From an uncultured Armatimonadia bacterium (GTDB lineage Bacteria > Armatimonadota > Zipacnadia > CAVVLO01): a DNA stretch of 64,000 bases. The translations under genes and the position numbers were made by a program. Shown in pieces: positions 59,513 to 64,000 of the stretch. Below the pieces are notes generated by a model. The model searched no databases. It was not told where the DNA came from and was given only the letters and a program-made list of their open reading frames with translations. Numbering within the stretch: the first letter of the stretch is position 1; each line of letters opens with the position of its first letter. The DNA lies in NCBI GenBank assembly GCA_963749155.1, contig CAVVLO010000002.1, positions 160,001 through 224,000 on the forward strand. The letters run 5' to 3'.

Positions 59513-60628
59513 CTAGAGACGTTTCCGAAAAGTAAGGGCGCCTGCCCCAACGAGCAGCAACCCCAGCCCAAGCATCGCCAGGAGCTGGGGCCAGAGTTCG
59601 ACGAGGCCGGCGCCCCTCAGCATAATTGACCTGAGGCACACAAGGAAATACCGCATTGGCACTGCATAGGTAAGCGTCTGTAGCCACTGGGGCATATTGG
59701 CAATCGGGAAGATGAATCCACTTAGCAGTATGTTTGGGAACATAATCAGAAACATCAGCATCTGGGCTTGCTGCTGAGTAGTCGAAAGAGTCGATACAAG
59801 CAGACCCATCCCAGAGGCTGTCATCAGATAGAGCAAACAAGAGAACAGAAACAACACCAGGCTGCCCGAATGGGGCACTTGGAACCAGAAGAGCAATACT
59901 GACAGCACCAGCAACGCATCTACCGAGCCAACCACCATATACGGAACAAGCTTTCCAAGTAATAACTCTCGGGCCCGGATTGGCGTCACCATTACCTGTT
60001 CGAGGGTGCCTGCCTCACGCTCCTTCACGATGGCAAGCGCGGTCAGCGTGCCACTGATGATCATCAGTACCATCCCCATAACTCCAAGCACCATAAAGAA
60101 ACGGCTTTCCAGGGCCGGATTGTAGAATATCCGGGGCTCGGTCTGGATGGTAGGCACGCGTGAATACATACCACTCGCCTTCAAGCGTTCTATCAGGTAT
60201 AGTTGGCCATGCTGAACCACCAGCCCAGCCAGGTAGCCTGCTCCCACTCCGGCACTATTGGAATCACTGCCATCCACAATCAGTTGCAGTGGGGCTGCCC
60301 CCTTGCGCAGTGCGTCTGAAAATCCAGGGGGGATGTGCAGGGCGAGCTGGGCCTTTCCAAGGTCCAGGAGTTGCTGCAGGTCTTCGGTCCTTTGGGTCTC
60401 CTCCACCAACCGGAAATAGCCTGTCTGCTCAATTTCTGCGACCAGGCGCCTGGACTCACTCGAACGGTCCTGATCACAGACAGCAACTGGAAGCTGTTGC
60501 ACATCCAGGTTGGCCGCATAGCCTAGCAACAAAAGCTGCAGAACCGGCGCAACCAAAGCCATTACGACCATACGTCGGTCGCGGCGGAACTGCCGGAACT
60601 CTTTGGCTAGCAAGGCAAGCAGGCGCAT
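59513..60628 (-). CDS. ABC-2 exporter permease (YbhR-like)
   Basis: KEFRQFRRD, YNPALES, KEREAGTLEQ..TP, LLSGFIFPIANMP. Confidence 0.88.
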   Translation of the reverse strand: MRLLALLAKEFRQFRRDRRMVVMALVAPVLQLLLLGYAANLDVQQLPVAVCDQDRSSESRRLVAEIEQTGYFRLVEETQRTEDLQQLLDLGKAQLALHIPPGFSDALRKGAAPLQLIVDGSDSNSAGVGAGYLAGLVVQHGQLYLIERLKASGMYSRVPTIQTEPRIFYNPALESRFFMVLGVMGMVLMIISGTLTALAIVKEREAGTLEQVMVTPIRARELLLGKLVPYMVVGSVDALLVLSVLLFWFQVPHSGSLVLFLFSCLLYLMTASGMGLLVSTLSTTQQQAQMLMFLIMFPNILLSGFIFPIANMPQWLQTLTYAVPMRYFLVCLRSIMLRGAGLVELWPQLLAMLGLGLLLVGAGALTFRKRL

Positions 60629-60639
60629 TATGTCTCTCT

Positions 60640-61776
60640 TTAGAGCTGTTTCTTGAAACGACGCATACTAAGCAAGATGAGTACCAGGGCAATCAGGCTC
60701 AGCTTGATCAGAGAAGGCCAGAAAGCCCAGAGCCCAACCCCCTTAAGGTAGATTACTCGAGCCACAATCAGGAAGTGAGTCGCGGGCATCACCTCGGCAA
60801 TTGCCTGCAAGATGGGCGGCATATTGCGCAAGGGAAAGACGAAACCTGAGAGCAAATTGCTTGGAAGCAAAGTCACTGTAATTGCGCCAATCATTGCAAA
60901 TTGCTGGGTACTGGCCACGGAAGAGGCAAGCAGCCCGATTGCCAGGGCACAAAGCAGGAAAAGTGTCGCGCAGGACACGAAAAGCAAAGCGCTGCCTGCC
61001 ACATACACATCGAAGACCAGCGCGCCAAGCACCATTGTCAGCAGGATATTGAGTAGTCCGAGCAAGAGATAAGGCAAGGCCTTACCAAGCAGGATCTCCA
61101 GAGCTTTAACTGGAGAGGCAGCCAGCAACTCGAAACTGCCGTTTTCCTTCTCGCGAACAATGGTGCCTGAAGTGAGCAAAGCGCCAAGGATGACCAGGAT
61201 GATAACAATCAACCCAGGCACTATAAACTGGCGACTTTCGAGGGCTGGATTGTAAAGCACCTTCCGACTCAACTGGATTGGTGACTGGATTCGGCTTGAA
61301 GGCACCCCTTGGCGCCTGGCGTGTTGACTCACAAGCTGCTGGGTCCAGGTCGCCAGGAAGCCTTCGAGATAATTCATCGCGACACTGGCTGTGTTGGAAT
61401 CCGTACCATCGACCAATACTTGTACCTTGCCAACCTGGCCGGCTTCCAGATCCGCTTCAAAGCCAGGTGGAATTACAAGCGCTGCCAACGCTTTCGTCTC
61501 GAGGAAGAATTGCTCAGCCTGGGTGGGATTCGCTGGAGCAGCCTCTAGTTCGAAAAGATCAGTATTTTCGAGATTGCTCATCAAAGCTCTGCTGGTCTTT
61601 GACTGGTCGAAATCGCAAAGCACAAAGGGCAACTCGCGCAAATCCAGGTTGAAGCCTGACCCAACCACAAAGAGCAATATCAGGGGCAATAGGATAGCTA
61701 CCCCAAGACTCCTGGGATCTCTTTGGATATGGAGCCATTCCTTGCGCGCGATGGCCAGTAGTCTACGCAGGTTCAT
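60640..61776 (-). CDS. ABC-2 exporter permease (YbhS-like)
   Basis: RKEWLHIQRDPRSL, YNP, REKENGSFE, LLSGFVFP. Confidence 0.88.
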   Translation of the reverse strand: MNLRRLLAIARKEWLHIQRDPRSLGVAILLPLILLFVVGSGFNLDLRELPFVLCDFDQSKTSRALMSNLENTDLFELEAAPANPTQAEQFFLETKALAALVIPPGFEADLEAGQVGKVQVLVDGTDSNTASVAMNYLEGFLATWTQQLVSQHARRQGVPSSRIQSPIQLSRKVLYNPALESRQFIVPGLIVIILVILGALLTSGTIVREKENGSFELLAASPVKALEILLGKALPYLLLGLLNILLTMVLGALVFDVYVAGSALLFVSCATLFLLCALAIGLLASSVASTQQFAMIGAITVTLLPSNLLSGFVFPLRNMPPILQAIAEVMPATHFLIVARVIYLKGVGLWAFWPSLIKLSLIALVLILLSMRRFKKQL

Positions 61777-62717
61777 CGGACGCCCTCCGAGACCGCGTCT
61801 CCTGTGAGATACAGGAAGGCATGCTCCATACTGCGTCTGACAGGACGTAATGATTCGGGAAGATATCCCCTCTGTCCAAGCAGCTCTCGCAACCTGGTTT
61901 CTGGGTTGGTAACCGCATCGCTTAACACAACGTGCAGAGAAGAACCAAACAGGCTGGCATCAAGGATCTCCGGAAGTCCTAGTAGTGCTCTCTGGGCCTC
62001 CAGGGCGTCTGGCAGTTTTACTTCGAAGAGTTTGCCTGGCACCAGAGCGCGCAACTCGGCAGGAGTGCCCTCGGTCACCTTTCTACTCTGGTATATCAAC
62101 AGCAACCGATTGCAGTATTCTGCTTCTTCCATTACGTGTGTTGTAATGAGGGTCGTTACGCCTTCACCGGCAAGCTCGGAGATGAGATCAAAAAATAGCC
62201 GGCGGACAAGAGGATCGACCCCGCTGGTAGGCTCGTCAAGGAAGAGGATGCGGGGTTTATGGATTAGCGCACAAGCGAGTGCCAGCCGCTGCCGCACTCC
62301 AGTGGACAAGGTCCGGGTAAGCCGCTCTTCAAACTCTCCAAGTGCAAGCCGCTCGAATAAAGCCTTCGACCGTTCGGAAAGCTGACTTTTGGAGACCGAG
62401 TATACGCCAGCGTAAAACTCCAGGTTTTCCTGTACTGTAAGATCGCCATACAGCGAAAAGAGCTGCGACATATAACCAATGCGTCGCTTCACTTCTTCCG
62501 GCTTTCGCTTGACGCTGAAGCCATCGATACAGGCGTCTCCCCTGGTTGGACGCAGCAGGCCACATAGCATCCTGATAGTAGTGGATTTACCCGATCCATT
62601 GGGGCCAAGGAAGCCATATACCTCTCCAGGCTGGATATCGAAAGACAAGTCCTCAACGGCTACAAAGTCGCCGAAGTGCTTCTCCAATCCCTGGGCGCTG
62701 ACAGCAGGTTCAGCCAA
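61773..62717 (-). CDS. ABC exporter ATP-binding subunit
   Basis: GPNGSGKST, LDEPTSGVDP; GAGGAGG RBS before TTG 62717. Confidence 0.9.
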   Translation of the reverse strand: MAEPAVSAQGLEKHFGDFVAVEDLSFDIQPGEVYGFLGPNGSGKSTTIRMLCGLLRPTRGDACIDGFSVKRKPEEVKRRIGYMSQLFSLYGDLTVQENLEFYAGVYSVSKSQLSERSKALFERLALGEFEERLTRTLSTGVRQRLALACALIHKPRILFLDEPTSGVDPLVRRLFFDLISELAGEGVTTLITTHVMEEAEYCNRLLLIYQSRKVTEGTPAELRALVPGKLFEVKLPDALEAQRALLGLPEILDASLFGSSLHVVLSDAVTNPETRLRELLGQRGYLPESLRPVRRSMEHAFLYLTGDAVSEGVR

Positions 62718-63648
62718 GGTCAACCTCCTCCCTGGCAAGCGCAGCGGCAAAGGCATCTTCAAGCCCCGGTTCTATCTGTTCAGCCTGGGTTACTTCAAGG
62801 TGTGCCTGGTTCAGAGCCGCCACCAGAGCACTTGTTTCGACACCTGACCTGGTTGCTATATGCAGCGAATCCCCAAACACAATCACCGACTGCACATACT
62901 CCAGAGCCTTGAGCACACCCCGAGCTGAGCGCTGAGGCTGCACGGTTATAGAAAACAGATTGCCTTCGACAGCCACTTTCAACTCGGCAGGTGTGCCGTC
63001 AGCAAGCAGTTTGCCTCGATTCAGCAGCACTAATCGATCGCAGCGTTCAGCCTCATCCATATAGGGAGTGCTAACGAGCACGGTGACTCCCTGGGCTGGT
63101 AGATCGTGAATCAGTTCCCAGAAATCCCTGCGCGAAGCAGGATCAACCCCAGTTGTTGGTTCATCCAATAATAAAACTTCGGGGGTATGGATAAGAGCGC
63201 ACATCAATCCGAGCTTCTGTTTCATTCCTCCACTGAGCTTGCCAGCCAGGCGCTCTGTAAAAGGGGCAAGCCTGGTGATTGCAAGCAGTCGGTCTGCTCT
63301 TTCGCGGTATTCGCGCTTCCTGACACCAAAGAGCTCTGCGGTAAAACGCAGGTTCTCGGCCACGGAGAGATCAAGATAGAGAGCAAAACGTTGGGGAAGA
63401 TACCCAAGGTGGGGCTTGGCACTCTCCGGATTATGCACTACATCCCTTCCAGCGATGGAAATCTGGCCCTCATCCGGACTCATTACTCCTGAAAGCAAGC
63501 GCATAAGAGTGCTCTTGCCAGCCCCGTCCGGGCCTAGAAGCCCGAGGACCTCACCGCGCCTGGCCTTGAAGCTGACACCATCAAGTGCCGTCACCAGGCC
63601 AAATCGCTTTACAGCGCCTGTAACCTCAATTGTCAGCGCCTCGTTCAC
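62710..63648 (-). CDS. ABC exporter ATP-binding subunit
   Basis: GPDGAGKST, LSGGMKQK, LDEPTTGVDP. Confidence 0.9.
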   Translation of the reverse strand: MNEALTIEVTGAVKRFGLVTALDGVSFKARRGEVLGLLGPDGAGKSTLMRLLSGVMSPDEGQISIAGRDVVHNPESAKPHLGYLPQRFALYLDLSVAENLRFTAELFGVRKREYRERADRLLAITRLAPFTERLAGKLSGGMKQKLGLMCALIHTPEVLLLDEPTTGVDPASRRDFWELIHDLPAQGVTVLVSTPYMDEAERCDRLVLLNRGKLLADGTPAELKVAVEGNLFSITVQPQRSARGVLKALEYVQSVIVFGDSLHIATRSGVETSALVAALNQAHLEVTQAEQIEPGLEDAFAAALAREEVDLG

Positions 63649-64000
63649 CTGGTCTGAGTCGCCTGCCTCAGGTCAGCGGGCATCCCAGGTTTCAAGACGC
63701 CTTCGCCCTCTCCCAGTGCCACCTTCACCCAGTACACTTGCTTGGTGCGTTGTTTGGCGGTTTGGACGTCCTTGGGAGTGAACTCTGCCTGGTCAGAGAT
63801 CCGGATTATTTCGCCCGTAAACTCATGACCGCGCGCAGCTTCGGTAGTAACCGGCAGCCGGTCTCCCAGCCTGATCTGGCCTAGAGTCTCAAAACCGAGG
63901 TATGCTCTGAGCCACAATTGGGTGAGGTCAGCTATTACCACAACTGGCGCCCCGGCGGGCACAATCTCTCCGACCAAGGCGACCTTCTGGGTCACGACGC
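63645..64000 (-). CDS. HlyD-family membrane fusion protein (YbhG-like), partial
   Basis: AEFTPKDVQT..R..VY.VK..LKPGMPAD; runs off the window edge. Confidence 0.85.
   Translation of the reverse strand, partial: VVTQKVALVGEIVPAGAPVVVIADLTQLWLRAYLGFETLGQIRLGDRLPVTTEAARGHEFTGEIIRISDQAEFTPKDVQTAKQRTKQVYWVKVALGEGEGVLKPGMPADLRQATQTR

Noticed and set aside
61773..63648. Frameshift-split ybhF
   Set aside because: Each ATPase ORF is complete with its own C-terminal extension, and the second has a strong RBS, so they are two genuine genes.

Overview
Bacterial chromosomal segment, apparently from an uncultured, GC-rich lineage; taxonomy cannot be fixed from this window. Blocks: (1) 1-15.7 kb: USP, DUF4091 lipoprotein, RseB/MucB-like gene, then ftsE-ftsX-M23 peptidase-ctpA-divergent polysaccharide deacetylase-LysM, a TPR membrane protein and an Lrp plus aminotransferase pair. 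(2) 17.1-26.3 kb, minus strand: a tightly coupled 10-gene signalling operon with four KaiC-like ATPases and no kaiA or kaiB. It also has two paralogous small helical proteins, a membrane HAMP-V4R protein, two small winged-helix-like proteins and a histidine kinase whose N-terminus is a third copy of that small domain. This is the most interesting system in the window. (3) An archaeal-type SAM synthetase under a SAM-I riboswitch, divergent from CHASE2-adenylate cyclase, GAF-PAS kinase, ftsK, rimO and nrdG. (4) A frameshift-riddled DUF4062-STAND NTPase-TPR (NLR-like) gene with nine near-identical 126-bp repeats, followed by a REP-like palindrome cluster. (5) glnS next to tRNA-Gln(CUG). (6) A ~16 kb glycoside hydrolase cluster. 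(7) A YbhGFSR-like ABC exporter. Many single-base frameshifts in unrelated genes point to uncorrected sequencing or assembly indels rather than true pseudogenes. All family assignments come from motifs read by eye; no database searches were run.
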